Assembly: GCF_009914755.1 (NCBI RefSeq)
Contig: NC_060933.1
Length of the DNA stretch: 64,000 nt
Reading direction: 5' to 3' (one strand)
Origin: the human T2T-CHM13v2.0 reference genome, Homo sapiens
Position 1 is the first letter of the stretch; the number at the start of each line of letters is the position of its first letter. The notes under the pieces are model-generated. The model did no database searches, was not told the DNA's origin, and was given only the letters and a program-made list of their open reading frames with translations. Below, in pieces: positions 62,991 through 64,000 of this stretch. The position numbers and the translations under genes are program-made.

Positions 62991-63769
62991 GAAATAAGGA
63001 AGATATTGGGTTCCATCAAGATAACAGGTTCCTATGTTATGCTAGGAACCTATTGTATCTGACCAACAACAGTAAACATTGCTGACTTTGAGACCAAAAT
63101 GCCAGTCAAACATTGGCAACCCAAATCTTTCTAATCTGAAAAGGGAGCTCAAAATTCTTCCCTGAATGTAAAAGTGTCTAAGAAGTCTTAGAATGGTGGA
63201 CAGCTCTCCTGTTGGGACCTACTTGTTTACAAGAACTATCCCAGTCCCTGAACAACTAATTCCAATGTAGAAAAGTCTCTTTGCTGAAAAAAGGGAGGTC
63301 TTTAGCTTGAATAGGAAAATGGGTGAGATAAACATGACAAGTCAATACCAAGAAACCAGTTTCGCTAAAATTTGCTCTGTTCCCTCAAAGTTATTTTTTT
63401 GGCTTCATTATTACCTTTATTGACAAAGTAACTTTTCATTAACAAGCATGACAAATATTTCAGTTACACAGCCAACTGTGTCAAGTCGTTTCATATAATG
63501 AAAAAGCAGGGATATAGATTGTGTTGTTTATTCCTCACAAATTATTCTTTAGAGGGAAGACCCTCTAAAAGGCGGAGAAAGCTTTAAACATGTTTACTTG
63601 ACAGCACCTGAAAAATGATGTCATTACAGTCTAAAGTGAACTGATCATCAATTTGGTATTTGTGTTTTGGAAGGCCTTTCCCTTGACTGTTTGAGGCAGT
63701 AGAAAGTTTGCATGATTGGGCTGAACAGATTGTAGCACCCACAGAAGGAAATAAGATGTTCTTGATATA

Positions 63770-64000
63770 CAGTCATGTGTTGCATAATGACACTTTGGTC
63801 AATGACAGACCACAAATACAATGGTGGTCCCATAAGGTAGTAATAGAGCTGAAAAAGTCCTATCACCTAGTGACATCTTGATGATTCTGACCCTGTGCAG
63901 GCCTAGTTTAATGAGTGTGTTTGTGTCTTCATTTTTAAGAAAAAAGTTTAAAAAATACAAAGATAAAAAATTTTAAAGACAGAAAAAAGCTCATAGAATA
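63770..64000. mobile_element. Tigger3b-like element running off the window
   Basis: TA-cagtcatgtgttgcataatgac...ggtggtcccataag. Confidence 0.8.

Overview
Primate (very probably human) genomic DNA from inside the TRPM3 gene, which is transcribed on the minus strand. Two constitutive coding exons of the cytosolic N-terminal TRPM homology region are present: 39130-38956 (175 nt, [18 protein letters not shown]...SEEGG) and 16558-16435 (124 nt, [11 protein letters not shown]...KKKEL). They splice in frame (GG|A = Gly). The rest is intron, filled with Alus, a ~4.9 kb 5'-truncated L1PA, older L1/L2/MIR, Tigger/MER DNA transposons and solo LTRs. Most ORF-track ORFs are repeat-derived or chance. I see no new gene family or prokaryote-type system. 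Most notable observations: (1) a cluster of truncation routes around the 175-nt exon (two candidate in-phase alternative terminal exons, a stop codon built into the donor with a nearby AATAAA, tandem GTAGGTAA donors on both exons, and an adenosine-free 86-nt acceptor tract). These could give channel-less N-terminal products downstream of the miR-204 host region; some may already be annotated. (2) A clear L1PA2-type insertion carrying a 3' transduction between 14-bp TSDs. (3) An old local duplication with a microhomology deletion. (4) A candidate recursive splice site. Repeat subfamily calls are from memory of consensus sequences, and repeat boundaries are approximate.
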